Assembly: GCA_902532475.1 (NCBI GenBank)
Contig: CACAIE010000001.1
Coordinates: 19,062 to 83,061, forward strand
Direction: 5' to 3'
DNA: 64,000 nt
DNA from: an uncultured SAR116 cluster alpha proteobacterium
GTDB taxonomy: Bacteria > Pseudomonadota > Alphaproteobacteria > Puniceispirillales > GCA-002684695
This document shows, one piece after another, positions 39,540 to 51,600 of this stretch. The translations under genes and the position numbers were made by a program. Numbering within the stretch: position 1 is the first letter of the stretch; the number at the start of each line of letters is the position of its first letter. Below the pieces are notes generated by a model. That model was not told where the DNA came from, searched no databases, and was given only the letters and a program-made list of their open reading frames with translations.

Positions 39540-40184
39540 TTATTCTCTTCCCAAAATTTTATCAAAAAGATTTTGAAAAAGATTTAATTTAAACGAATTT
39601 TTTAGTTTATTGGGGTCATAGATAATTTTAGACCAATCCCAAAATGAAAGTTTCCCACCTTCTGAAGAGTATGATATAAAATTATCAAAAAAATGGTCTA
39701 GAATTCCAGATTTTGCGTATCGAATATGTAAATATTTAAATGATAATTGATTTTTAGCTTTTTTGACATCAATCCCTTTGTGAATAAGATATAAAGTAGC
39801 CATAATACCTGTTCTGTCTGCCCCTGATTTGCAGTGTATTAAAGCTGGGTATTCTATTTTATTAAATAATTTCTGAGAGTAATTAATTTGATCAAGAGTA
39901 GGTGCCCCCCTTGAATGTAATTTAAATTCAATTAAATTTAATTTTAAATTTTTGCATACTCTCCTTTCCATTTGGTCGACCAGGTCATCTCTTGACCCTC
40001 TTAAGTTTATAATTGTTTTGATGCCATCGTTTTTGAATTTTAAAAGAAGAGATGGAGAAGGTTGTGCTGATCTATATAATTCTTGATCAATTGACCAAAA
40101 GTTGGGGTAAATTGCCCTGAGAAAACCATGATCATTAAATATCCGATGCTTCCATTCAGCATGACTTTCTTTGATTTGAAACAT
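39540..40184 (-). CDS. Tyrosine/dual-specificity phosphatase family protein (CX5R)
   Basis: Active-site loop HCKSGADRTG. I chose ATG 40184, 4 nt after the pmbA stop. An upstream TTG at 40202 would overlap pmbA by 14 nt. Confidence 0.7.
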   Translation of the reverse strand: MFQIKESHAEWKHRIFNDHGFLRAIYPNFWSIDQELYRSAQPSPSLLLKFKNDGIKTIINLRGSRDDLVDQMERRVCKNLKLNLIEFKLHSRGAPTLDQINYSQKLFNKIEYPALIHCKSGADRTGIMATLYLIHKGIDVKKAKNQLSFKYLHIRYAKSGILDHFFDNFISYSSEGGKLSFWDWSKIIYDPNKLKNSFKLNLFQNLFDKILGRE

Positions 40185-40188
40185 GCTT

Positions 40189-41526
40189 CTAATTTCCTGC
40201 AATCATCATATTCTCAACCCTTAATGATGGCGCCATCATTGAATGAGTTGTGTCTAAATCATTAGCTGCAGATAAATTTAAAAACATTTCTTTTAAATTT
40301 CCAGCTATAGTAATTTCAGATACTGGATCAGTTATTTCTCCATCAATAATCCAAAAGCCTGATGCCCCTCTTGAATAATCACCAGTTATTAGATTTACTG
40401 AAGATCCAATTAGTTCTGTGACATATAGCCCTGATTTAATATCATTCCTTAATTCTTTTGGTGAAATATTACTAGGTGAAATCATAAAATTAGATGTTCC
40501 TGGAGATGCGGGCCCTCCAATGCCTCTTCTAGCATTTCCTGTTGGCTTAAGATCTAATTGCCTAGATGAAGCTAAATCTAGTAGCCAACCCTTTAAGATT
40601 CCTTTTTCTATAATATTTCTTTTTATTGTAGGAAGTCCTTCTCCATCAAATGGTACACTTCCGTGTCCCCTGTATAATTTAGGATCATCAACCACATCAA
40701 TAGAAGTATTTAAGATCTTTTCATTCATTTTCTCTAAAAACATACTCGTTCCCCTTGCTACTGAGGCACCGTTAATTGAAGAAGAAATATGACCTGCAAT
40801 TGATTTAGATACACGAGGGTCAAATATTACTGGAAAATTTCCAGTGTTTCCCTGGGATGAGTTCAATCTGCTTAAAGCTCTTTTAGCTGCACGTAAGCCA
40901 ACTTCCTTTGGAGAACGCATATCTTCAGCAAAAGCCTTTGCAGTATAATCATAATCTGTTTCCATTTCTGAGCCTTCTCCTGCAATCACTGAAACAGAGA
41001 TAGAGTGAGAAGATCTTTCTAAATGACCAAAGAAACCATTTGTTGAGATCATAGATATATCTGTTTTACCCCATGCAGCACCTGCACCTTCAGAATTAGT
41101 TATTCCTTTAACTGATCTAGCACTTTCTTCAGTCTCTAATGCTAAATCTATTAATTTTGTGGGGGTAGGTCTATATGGATCAAGCATATTTATTTTTGAC
41201 CAATTTTTTGCTACTTGATCTTTTGAAGCTATACCACAAAAAGGGTTTTCAGGAGTGAGTTTTACCATTGAAATTACTCTGTCTACCATCTTTAGTAAAC
41301 TATCATTATCAGTTCTACTAGACGAAACACTTGCAGTTTTCTTCCCAATGTATACAGTTAGTCCAATATCCAGTGCATCAGAGCTTTCAATTGCTTCGAT
41401 TTTTCCTAATCTGCACTCAGCTGATTGACCTTGGCCTTTAGCCATAATAACCTCAGAATTTTCAGCTCCAGCATTAGTGGACATTTTAATTAACTTTTCC
41501 ATTAAACTTTTGTCATTTTTTGTCAT
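40189..41526 (-). CDS. pmbA: TldD/PmbA family metalloprotease, PmbA-type
   Basis: 445 aa. Full-length similarity in pattern to PmbA (lacks the HExxxH of TldD; has GDYSRGASGFWI and the C-terminal MIAG motif). Confidence 0.85.
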   Translation of the reverse strand: MTKNDKSLMEKLIKMSTNAGAENSEVIMAKGQGQSAECRLGKIEAIESSDALDIGLTVYIGKKTASVSSSRTDNDSLLKMVDRVISMVKLTPENPFCGIASKDQVAKNWSKINMLDPYRPTPTKLIDLALETEESARSVKGITNSEGAGAAWGKTDISMISTNGFFGHLERSSHSISVSVIAGEGSEMETDYDYTAKAFAEDMRSPKEVGLRAAKRALSRLNSSQGNTGNFPVIFDPRVSKSIAGHISSSINGASVARGTSMFLEKMNEKILNTSIDVVDDPKLYRGHGSVPFDGEGLPTIKRNIIEKGILKGWLLDLASSRQLDLKPTGNARRGIGGPASPGTSNFMISPSNISPKELRNDIKSGLYVTELIGSSVNLITGDYSRGASGFWIIDGEITDPVSEITIAGNLKEMFLNLSAANDLDTTHSMMAPSLRVENMMIAGN

Positions 41527-41587
41527 TTTTTTCTCTTAAGAATGTATATAATTTGACTTATTTTAATTTTGAGTAAATAAAATCAAT

Positions 41588-42550
41588 ATGAGCTTAAAAA
41601 TCTTTATTGACGGCGCAGAAGGTACTACGGGATTACAATTAAGACAACGATTATTATTGCACCCCGAAGTAAAACTAATTTCTATTAATAATGATAAAAG
41701 AAAAGATTTAAACCACAGACTAGAAAAATTTTCTGAAGCTGATTTAATTTTTTTATGTTTGCCTGACGAAGAATCAAAAAAATCTGTTTATGAAATAACC
41801 AAACAATTTGGTTCAAAGAAAGTTATTATAGATACTTCTTCGGTCCATAGAATTGATAAAGATTGGAAATACGGTTTCCCAGAATTAAATATTAATCAAA
41901 AATCATTAATCAGGGATACCACAAGAATAACTAACCCAGGTTGCTATGCTACAGGTGCGTTGGCATTAATTAGGCCTTTAATCGATAATAACATTATTGA
42001 TAAATCGGCAACTCTAAACATTAACGCTGTTAGTGGCTACACTGGAGGAGGAAAGAAATTAATTGAATACTTTTCCACCCAAGACAAAGAGACGTTTGTC
42101 TATTATTCAACTTTTTTGGATCATAAGCATTTAAAAGAAATAACAAGATATGGTTTGTTAAAAAAAAATCCAATTTTTTGCCCTTCAGTCGGAGCTTTTC
42201 CTCAAGGAATGGCAGTTTCTTTACCTCTTCACTTCGATTGGATGAAGGAAGGAATAAATGGGAGAAAAATACATGCCATTTTTAAAGACAGGTATAGATC
42301 AGAGGAGTTTGTTTCAATAAATCCTCTTAATTCTAAAGAGAGCTTAACAAAAGAGGGTTTTTTATCACCTGAAATTTTAATAGGTACAAATTATTTAAAT
42401 ATTTCAATTTTTTCTAATGATTTATCTGGCCAGATTTGGCTGATAGCCAGGCTTGATAACTTGGGCAAGGGTGCATCGGGAGCGGCTGTTCAAAACATGA
42501 ATCTAAAATATGGATTTAATGAAAAGCTTGGCACAATGCTATCAAAATGA
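41588..42550 (+). CDS. argC: N-acetyl-gamma-glutamyl-phosphate reductase (short alphaproteobacterial type)
   Basis: 320 aa. IDGAEGTTGLQL N-terminus and catalytic NPGCYATG motif. Confidence 0.9.
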   Translation: MSLKIFIDGAEGTTGLQLRQRLLLHPEVKLISINNDKRKDLNHRLEKFSEADLIFLCLPDEESKKSVYEITKQFGSKKVIIDTSSVHRIDKDWKYGFPELNINQKSLIRDTTRITNPGCYATGALALIRPLIDNNIIDKSATLNINAVSGYTGGGKKLIEYFSTQDKETFVYYSTFLDHKHLKEITRYGLLKKNPIFCPSVGAFPQGMAVSLPLHFDWMKEGINGRKIHAIFKDRYRSEEFVSINPLNSKESLTKEGFLSPEILIGTNYLNISIFSNDLSGQIWLIARLDNLGKGASGAAVQNMNLKYGFNEKLGTMLSK

Positions 42551-43335
42551 GAAACTATTCTGATCCTATATGGACTGAGTTACCCGAAGGAATGAAAAGG
42601 GCTGAGTTATACCCTTATAATGCTCCAAACTATGGGTTTTTGCTCAATAGGGGAAAAATTGAACCAATACCAGAAAATTTAAACTTATCAAATAAAATTC
42701 CTATTCTTGCAATTGGCTCTAATAGAGCGCCTTCTCAGTTGTTAAGAAAATTTGGCACTAAAGAAATTGTAGCTGTAACTCCTGCAATTGTTAGGAACTG
42801 TGATGTGATTTATGCTTCGATAATTTCATATTATGGTGCCATACCAGCTACATTATGGCCAAAAGAAGGTTCAGAAATAAAATTATCAATTATTTGGTTA
42901 AATAATGCCCAACTGGAAATTATGCACGATACAGAAGCTGTAGGCAAAGCGTATGATTTTGTCGAATTTAAAGATGGATTAATTGACCGTAAATCTCTTT
43001 TTTATCTTGGTAGTAAAGTCTATGGATACGTTTCTAGATCAGGAGCTTTAAATTTTGGTTTTAATCAAAGTAAAATAAGGGCTCTATCTGCCATAAAAGC
43101 CAAAAAGAGATTTTTGAAATCAGTAAATCAAGATAAAGCCATTAAGTTGGTATCAAAAAATATCTGGGGCAGAAATAAAGAAAAAGATATTTATTTGTTT
43201 AGAAAAAAAATTGTATCAGACAAAATTTATAGAATAGAAATTATAAATAGGCTAAGAAATATTGGCATTACCCCTAAAAATACACCGTGGACTGTTTTAC
43301 ATGATATTGAGTTGAATAGTTTAGATTTCTATTAA
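42547..43335 (+). CDS. Hypothetical protein with a possible gamma-glutamylcyclotransferase-like N-terminal half
   Basis: 262-aa ORF whose ATG overlaps the argC stop (ATGA). ILAIGSNRAPSQLLRKFG weakly resembles the (Y/F)GSN-x-x-x-x-L motif of GGCT/AIG2-like folds. The C-terminal third is Lys-rich. No firm family assignment. Confidence 0.55.
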   Translation: MRNYSDPIWTELPEGMKRAELYPYNAPNYGFLLNRGKIEPIPENLNLSNKIPILAIGSNRAPSQLLRKFGTKEIVAVTPAIVRNCDVIYASIISYYGAIPATLWPKEGSEIKLSIIWLNNAQLEIMHDTEAVGKAYDFVEFKDGLIDRKSLFYLGSKVYGYVSRSGALNFGFNQSKIRALSAIKAKKRFLKSVNQDKAIKLVSKNIWGRNKEKDIYLFRKKIVSDKIYRIEIINRLRNIGITPKNTPWTVLHDIELNSLDFY

Positions 43336-43336
43336 T

Positions 43337-44233
43337 TCAATCGAGATAATAAAGATCAATAAATGCAAATAAAGATAAAATTAAACCTAAGTCCCTATTA
43401 GATTTAAATAACATCAGAGCAATTTTAGGATCATTTAATTTTATTTTTAATGTTTGCCAAATCATATGAATCCCAGCCAAGATAACTCCAATAGTCCAAA
43501 AACTTGGCGATTTGACATTTAAAAAGAGTATAGTAGCAAATAAGTAAGTTAACAATATCGCTAATCTTGTGTGTTTATCAAACGTAAGAGCAGTAGAGTT
43601 GATATTTAATTTAATATCATCTTTTTTATCTTGAATTGAGTAAATAGTATCATACCCAAAGACCCAGGCGATGGTAGCAATGTATAAAATTACAACATCT
43701 ATAGTTAAGGCTGTATTTGTTGCAGACCAACCAAGTGGAACACCCCAAGAAAAAACAATTCCTAGAGCAAACTGAGGAAATTTAGTATATCTTTTTGCAA
43801 GAGGATATAAGGCAATTAGTGGCAATGAAATTAAAGCTACAATAAAAGAATTAAAGGGTAGATATAATAAAATAAATACTGACAAAAGTAGAACTAAAGA
43901 AAGACCTACAAACGCTTCTCTAGGAGAGATTGTACCGTTTGCAATTGGCCTATTCAAAGTTCTGGTAACTTTTGAATCTATATCTCTGTCCCAAAGATCG
44001 TTAATAATGCACCCTGCTCCTCTCATCAAAATAGACCCTATTGTAAAAAGCAATATTAATTTTATAGATAAATAAATAGATGAAGATTTTAAAAGAATAA
44101 TCCACCAAGCTGGCAATACCAATAACCACCAACCAATAGGCCTATCAAGTCTTAATAGAATAGCCCACAATCTCAATTTTGATGGTAACATTAAAATAAA
44201 AAAATTCTTTGAAATGTCTGTATGTTTTTCCAT
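43337..44233 (-). CDS. ubiA: 4-hydroxybenzoate polyprenyltransferase
   Basis: 298 aa with about 8 TM helices. NDLWDRDID and YDTIYSIQDKKDD Asp-rich motifs. Confidence 0.9.
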   Translation of the reverse strand: MEKHTDISKNFFILMLPSKLRLWAILLRLDRPIGWWLLVLPAWWIILLKSSSIYLSIKLILLFTIGSILMRGAGCIINDLWDRDIDSKVTRTLNRPIANGTISPREAFVGLSLVLLLSVFILLYLPFNSFIVALISLPLIALYPLAKRYTKFPQFALGIVFSWGVPLGWSATNTALTIDVVILYIATIAWVFGYDTIYSIQDKKDDIKLNINSTALTFDKHTRLAILLTYLFATILFLNVKSPSFWTIGVILAGIHMIWQTLKIKLNDPKIALMLFKSNRDLGLILSLFAFIDLYYLD

Positions 44234-44325
44234 AATAATAAAATATTACCATTCAAATTTAAAAATTATAATTTATAATCAAATAAATTAAATACTGAGT
44301 TAATAAAAATAAATAATAAATAATA

Positions 44326-45069
44326 ATGCGAACCTATTCACCAGCAATTAGATTGTATGTCAATTTCCCTTTGAAAAAGGAGACTAATTTTTGTGTTCAA
44401 GATAAACAGGCACATTATTTATCTAATGTTATGAGGCTTAAAATTGGCAGAAAATTTTTAGTATTTAATGGAGTTGATGGTGAGTTTGAGGCTGAGATCA
44501 TCAATAAACTTAACAACGCAATCAAATGCAAGTTGAATAGAAAAATTAGAAAACAACTAGTAGAGCCAAGACTAAATCTGATATTCTCATTAGTTAAGAA
44601 GGATAGAGTTTTCAATATTATTGAAAAATGTACTGAACTTGGCGTTAGTGAATTTCAACCAATAATTTCTGAAAGAACACAAAAAACAAATTTTAGATTG
44701 GAAAGGTTTCAATTAAATGCAGTTGAGGCTTCAGAACAAACTAATAGACTCACTATACCTAAAATTAACGAGGTTCAAAAATTGAGTGAAGTGATTGAAG
44801 ATTGGAATAAAAGTGAAACTATAATATTTTGCAATGAAAATGGTGGAAAACCAATAATTGAAACTTTAAATAATATTTCGAAGCCAATATCAATATTAAT
44901 TGGACCTGAAGGTGGCTTTTCTAAAGCCGAATTAGAGTACTTTGTTAATTTTGATTTTATAAAGCCAGTTTCGTTAGGGCCAAGAATTCTCAGATCTGAC
45001 ACGGCAGCAATTTCTAGTGTAACTTGTTACCAATCTTTTGTTGGTGATTGGGGTTATTCTAATGAATAA
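44326..45069 (+). CDS. rsmE: 16S rRNA (uracil1498-N3)-methyltransferase
   Basis: 247 aa. PUA-like N-terminus (HYLSNVMRLKIG) and SPOUT C-terminus (ILIGPEGGFS ... LGPRILRSDTA). Confidence 0.88.
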   Translation: MRTYSPAIRLYVNFPLKKETNFCVQDKQAHYLSNVMRLKIGRKFLVFNGVDGEFEAEIINKLNNAIKCKLNRKIRKQLVEPRLNLIFSLVKKDRVFNIIEKCTELGVSEFQPIISERTQKTNFRLERFQLNAVEASEQTNRLTIPKINEVQKLSEVIEDWNKSETIIFCNENGGKPIIETLNNISKPISILIGPEGGFSKAELEYFVNFDFIKPVSLGPRILRSDTAAISSVTCYQSFVGDWGYSNE

Positions 45070-46417
45070 AGATACAATAATCTCATCGCGGTCTCAATTA
45101 GTTCAATATTTTGAAAGAAAAGAAAAAGAAATTAACGAGTGGAAAATTGGAACTGAACACGAAAAATTTATTTTTTCATTAAAAAACTTTCATCCAGTTC
45201 CTTACAAGGGGAAAAATGGTATAGAAAGTTTATTAAATGCTTTAAAAGAAAATTCAGGCTGGAAACCTATAAATGAAAAAAATAATATTATAGGATTGAT
45301 AGCAGAAAATCAAAGTTCAATATCATTAGAACCTGGTGGGCAGCTGGAACTTTCGGGAGCTCCACTAGAAAACTTACATATGACCTGCGATGAAACAGGA
45401 AACCATTTAAATCAGCTTCGAAAGGCATTGAAGAAATTAAATCTGGGTATGGCAGGTTTTGGTTTCCATCCATTATCTTCCAGAGAAGATTTCCAATTTA
45501 TGCCTAAGGGACGTTACAAAATTATGAAAAAATGGATGCCCAAAGTTGGTGAAATGGGTTTAGATATGATGCTTAGAACGTGCACTATACAGGTAAACCT
45601 AGATTATTCAGATGAAATTGATATGGTTAGAAAGTTTAAAACAGCAACTACTCTTCAACCAATTATAACAGCCCTTTTTTGTAATTCCCCCTTTTATGAG
45701 GGTAAACCCTCAGGTTTTTTGAGCATGAGAACTGAAGTATGGAGAAATACTGATAAAGCAAGATCAGGGATACCTGCATGTTTGTTTGAAGAAGATTTTG
45801 GTTATGCAAAATGGGTTGATTACTTATTAAGTGTGCCAATGTATTTTGTTCACCGAGATGGAAAATATTATGATGTTTCAGGAGCTTCATTTCAGAGTTT
45901 TTTAAATGGAAAACTAAAGGATTTTGAGGGGCAACGTCCCACGATTAAAGACTGGGAAGATCATATGAGTGTTGCGTTTACAGATGTAAGGTTAAAAGGT
46001 TTTCTAGAGATGAGAGGTGCGGATGGTGGTCCTTGGGACAGGATTTGTGCTCTACCTGCAGTTTGGGTGGGCTTATTATATGATAAAGAATCACTTGAAG
46101 CAGCTGAAGAATTAGCAAAACATATCACTTTTACTGAAATAATTGAAGCAACTGAAGCATGTTCAAAAACTGGCTTAAAAGCGAATATAGGGAAGTTTAA
46201 AATTCAAGAACTAGCAAAGGAACTATTAATGATTTCAAAAAGGGGCTTGCAAAAAAGAAATCAATTAGACAGTAGCGGTCAAGATGAGACGGGGTTTTTA
46301 TCTCCTCTATTTTCTATGGCAGAAGCTGGAGAAACTTTAGCTGATGAAATGCTTGAAAGTTTTTACTCTAACTGGAAACAAGAGGCCTATCATGCATTTA
46401 TTAAGCAAAAACTATAA
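45062..46417 (+). CDS. gshA: Glutamate--cysteine ligase, plant/alphaproteobacterial GCS2 type
   Basis: IGTEHEKF, EPGGQLELSGAP and FLEMRGADGGPW motifs. I chose ATG 45062 (overlaps the rsmE end by 8 nt) over TTG 45038. Confidence 0.88.
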   Translation: MNKDTIISSRSQLVQYFERKEKEINEWKIGTEHEKFIFSLKNFHPVPYKGKNGIESLLNALKENSGWKPINEKNNIIGLIAENQSSISLEPGGQLELSGAPLENLHMTCDETGNHLNQLRKALKKLNLGMAGFGFHPLSSREDFQFMPKGRYKIMKKWMPKVGEMGLDMMLRTCTIQVNLDYSDEIDMVRKFKTATTLQPIITALFCNSPFYEGKPSGFLSMRTEVWRNTDKARSGIPACLFEEDFGYAKWVDYLLSVPMYFVHRDGKYYDVSGASFQSFLNGKLKDFEGQRPTIKDWEDHMSVAFTDVRLKGFLEMRGADGGPWDRICALPAVWVGLLYDKESLEAAEELAKHITFTEIIEATEACSKTGLKANIGKFKIQELAKELLMISKRGLQKRNQLDSSGQDETGFLSPLFSMAEAGETLADEMLESFYSNWKQEAYHAFIKQKL

Positions 46418-46445
46418 TTTAAATAACTACAAAAATTAAAAAATT

Positions 46446-47882
46446 CTATGCAGCTTCAGTCCCGCCAACAGTAATTCCATTCATCTTTAAAGTTGGTTGG
46501 CCCACACCAACCGGCACTCCTTGACCTTCTTTACCGCAGGTGCCAACACCATTATCTAACTTTAAGTCGTTACCAATCATCGAGATCTTATTCATAGCAT
46601 CAGGGCCATTCCCAATTAGGGTTGCCCCTTTAAGAGGTGAAGTTGGTTTTCCATCTTCTATAAGATAAGCTTCAGAAGCCGAAAACACAAATTTTCCGCT
46701 TGTTATATCTACCTGTCCTCCACCGAAATTAACTGCATAAATTCCCTTTTTAACTGAGCTTATAATTTCCTCAGGTTCGTATTCTCCATTAGCCATAAAA
46801 GTATTTGTCATTCTAGGCATCACATGGGATGCATAATTTTCTCTTCTACCATTTCCAGTTGCTTCAACGCCCATGAGTCTAGCGTTTTGTCTATCCTGCA
46901 TGTATCCACATAAAATTCCGTCTTCTATAAGTATATTTTTCCTACTTTGCATCCCTTCATCATCAATTGATATAGAACCTCTTTTATCTGGTATTGTTCC
47001 GTCATCAATAACGGTAACTCCTTTGGATGCGACTTTTTCACCAATTTTTCCAGAAAATACGGAAGTTCCCTTTCTATTAAAATCTCCTTCGAGTCCGTGA
47101 CCAACTGCCTCATGAAGCATAACTCCTGGCCACCCAGGGCCAAGTACGACTTCCATTTCCCCCGCAGGTGCTGGGATGGTGTCTAACCCTAAAACTGCTA
47201 ATCTAAGGGCTTCATCTGCTTGAGATTGCCACTTTTCTTCGTTTAACCAAGAATCAAACATTACTCTTCCGCCACTACCTGAAGCACCGCTTTCTCTCCT
47301 ACCGTCTTGCTCAACAACAACTGAAATATTAAGCCTTACCATAGGGCGGAAATCTTCAGCTTGAAATCCATCTGGCCTGATAATTCTTACTGCTTGCCAT
47401 GACCCAGAAATAGAGCATGAAACCTGCTTGATCCTATTGTCCTTGGCTCTTAAGTATCTGTCAATTTTTCCTAATAGATCTACTTTTTCTTGGAAAGAAG
47501 TTGTTTCTACAGGGTTTAATTTGGAATATAGGGGTAAGGAGTTTTTAGCAGGATGAACCGAAAAATTAACATTCCTCCCTGTAGTAATTGCCTTTACAGT
47601 TTCAGCGGCTTTTTTAAGTGAATTAGTATTTAATGATCCTGAATGAGCGTAACCTCTTGTTTCGCCCATAATTGCCCTTAATCCAAATCCTTGTGTAGTA
47701 TCATAAGAAGCCAATTTAAGTTTACCATCATCCCATGCTATTCCTTCAGATTTACTTAGTTCTAAAAAAAGCTCACCATCATCGGCACCATGGAGGGCCT
47801 CCTTTACAATTTTTTGGGTATTTTGAAGGTTTAGTTCAGTCATGTTAAAAAACAAATCATTTGTTTCTTTGTAGTTTTCCAT
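46446..47882 (-). CDS. tldD: Metalloprotease TldD
   Basis: HEAVGHGLEGDF zinc motif and the C-terminal GxC/GKEGQ region. I chose ATG 47882 (TGGAG 6 nt upstream) over TTG 47894. Confidence 0.9.
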   Translation of the reverse strand: MENYKETNDLFFNMTELNLQNTQKIVKEALHGADDGELFLELSKSEGIAWDDGKLKLASYDTTQGFGLRAIMGETRGYAHSGSLNTNSLKKAAETVKAITTGRNVNFSVHPAKNSLPLYSKLNPVETTSFQEKVDLLGKIDRYLRAKDNRIKQVSCSISGSWQAVRIIRPDGFQAEDFRPMVRLNISVVVEQDGRRESGASGSGGRVMFDSWLNEEKWQSQADEALRLAVLGLDTIPAPAGEMEVVLGPGWPGVMLHEAVGHGLEGDFNRKGTSVFSGKIGEKVASKGVTVIDDGTIPDKRGSISIDDEGMQSRKNILIEDGILCGYMQDRQNARLMGVEATGNGRRENYASHVMPRMTNTFMANGEYEPEEIISSVKKGIYAVNFGGGQVDITSGKFVFSASEAYLIEDGKPTSPLKGATLIGNGPDAMNKISMIGNDLKLDNGVGTCGKEGQGVPVGVGQPTLKMNGITVGGTEAA

Positions 47883-48069
47883 TTTTGACTCCAAGAATGA
47901 TGTAAATCAATTATATAAATTATACTTTTATGCTATTAAAATAAATAATTTTTTTTTAAGAACAGAAAGTTTAGAAAATCTTTATATATTTATATAATAA
48001 ATCTTGTTTTACATTCCTGTCAGGGTTATTTTGCAATAAAAATATAAACTTAAAAATCTATAGTTACGG

Positions 48070-50531
<2,462 letters not shown>

Positions 50532-50548
50532 AAATTAAAGAATAGGTT

Positions 50549-51466
50549 ATGAGATCAATGAGTTTTTTATCTCAAGAAGAAAATCAGCTACTTTATACTC
50601 CAAGCGTGTATGATTTTTTTGAGTTAATGAAGCCAAGAGTAATGTCGTTGGTTGTCTTTACAACTTTAGTTGGGATGTATATGTCTCCCTATCAACTTCA
50701 CCCTGTTCTTTCATTAATCGCTCTTTTGTCAATAGCAATGGGCGCAGGATCTGCAGGTGCAATTAATCAATGGATTGACAGAGACATAGATAAAATCATG
50801 TTAAGAACTAAAGAAAGGCCGATCCCATCAGGAAGGGTTGACCCGGCTGAAGCGATAACTTTTTCATTAGTTATTTCATTGATTTCAGTTATTTTACTGG
50901 GCCTTGCCTCAAATTGGTTGGCAGCTTTTTTACTTGCATTTACAATTTTCTTTTACGCTGTTATCTACTCGATATTTTTAAAACGCAAAACCACACAAAA
51001 TATTGTTATCGGCGGTATTGCCGGATCTTTGCCTCCAGTTATTGGATGGGTTGCCATGACCGGGGGCATTGAACTTTTACCTTGTCTCTTATTTTTGATA
51101 ATATTTTTGTGGACACCACCCCATTTTTGGGCGCTGGCTTTGGTTAAGTCTGAAGATTATGCTAGAGCTAAGATCCCTATGATGCCCAATATAGCTGGGA
51201 TACAATCAACCAAACTTCAAATTGTAATTTATTCTTTTTTATTGTTGTTTTCATCAATTCTTCCAAATGTATTTGGTTTTTCTGGGGCTATATATCTCTT
51301 AGTTTCTTTACCCCTAGGTTTAATATTTTTAACTTTAGCTTTGGCTTTAATCATATTTCCAAAAAATAGACTGGAAATGCATTTGTTTGGTTACTCTATT
51401 TTTTATTTATTTGGGACTTTTATAGCTTTTGTTTTGGACAAACTTTTGAAAATTAACGTTTTATGA
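50549..51466 (+). CDS. ctaB: Protoheme IX farnesyltransferase (heme O synthase)
   Basis: 305 aa of the UbiA superfamily. INQWIDRDIDKIMLRTKERPIPSG and TPPHFWALAL motifs. Confidence 0.93.
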   Translation: MRSMSFLSQEENQLLYTPSVYDFFELMKPRVMSLVVFTTLVGMYMSPYQLHPVLSLIALLSIAMGAGSAGAINQWIDRDIDKIMLRTKERPIPSGRVDPAEAITFSLVISLISVILLGLASNWLAAFLLAFTIFFYAVIYSIFLKRKTTQNIVIGGIAGSLPPVIGWVAMTGGIELLPCLLFLIIFLWTPPHFWALALVKSEDYARAKIPMMPNIAGIQSTKLQIVIYSFLLLFSSILPNVFGFSGAIYLLVSLPLGLIFLTLALALIIFPKNRLEMHLFGYSIFYLFGTFIAFVLDKLLKINVL

Positions 51467-51600
51467 AAAATAGAATTATACCTAAAACAGCTGAGCAGCT
51501 TAAAAATATCAAAAGAAAAAGCAATTGGGTTTTTTTAACAATAATTCTATTAATATGTTTAACTTTTTATTTAATGACCATTTTTAGAATGATATCTTAA
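51463..51600 (+). CDS. Small single-pass membrane protein between ctaB and ctaG (CoxF-like position)
   Basis: 45 codons, below the ORF-track cutoff. ATG 51463 overlaps the ctaB stop (ATGA), and TAA 51598-51600 directly abuts the ctaG ATG at 51601. Sequence MKNRIIPKTAEQLKNIKRKSNWVFLTIILLICLTFYLMTIFRMIS has a basic N-terminus and one TM helix. Confidence 0.6.
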   Translation: MKNRIIPKTAEQLKNIKRKSNWVFLTIILLICLTFYLMTIFRMIS

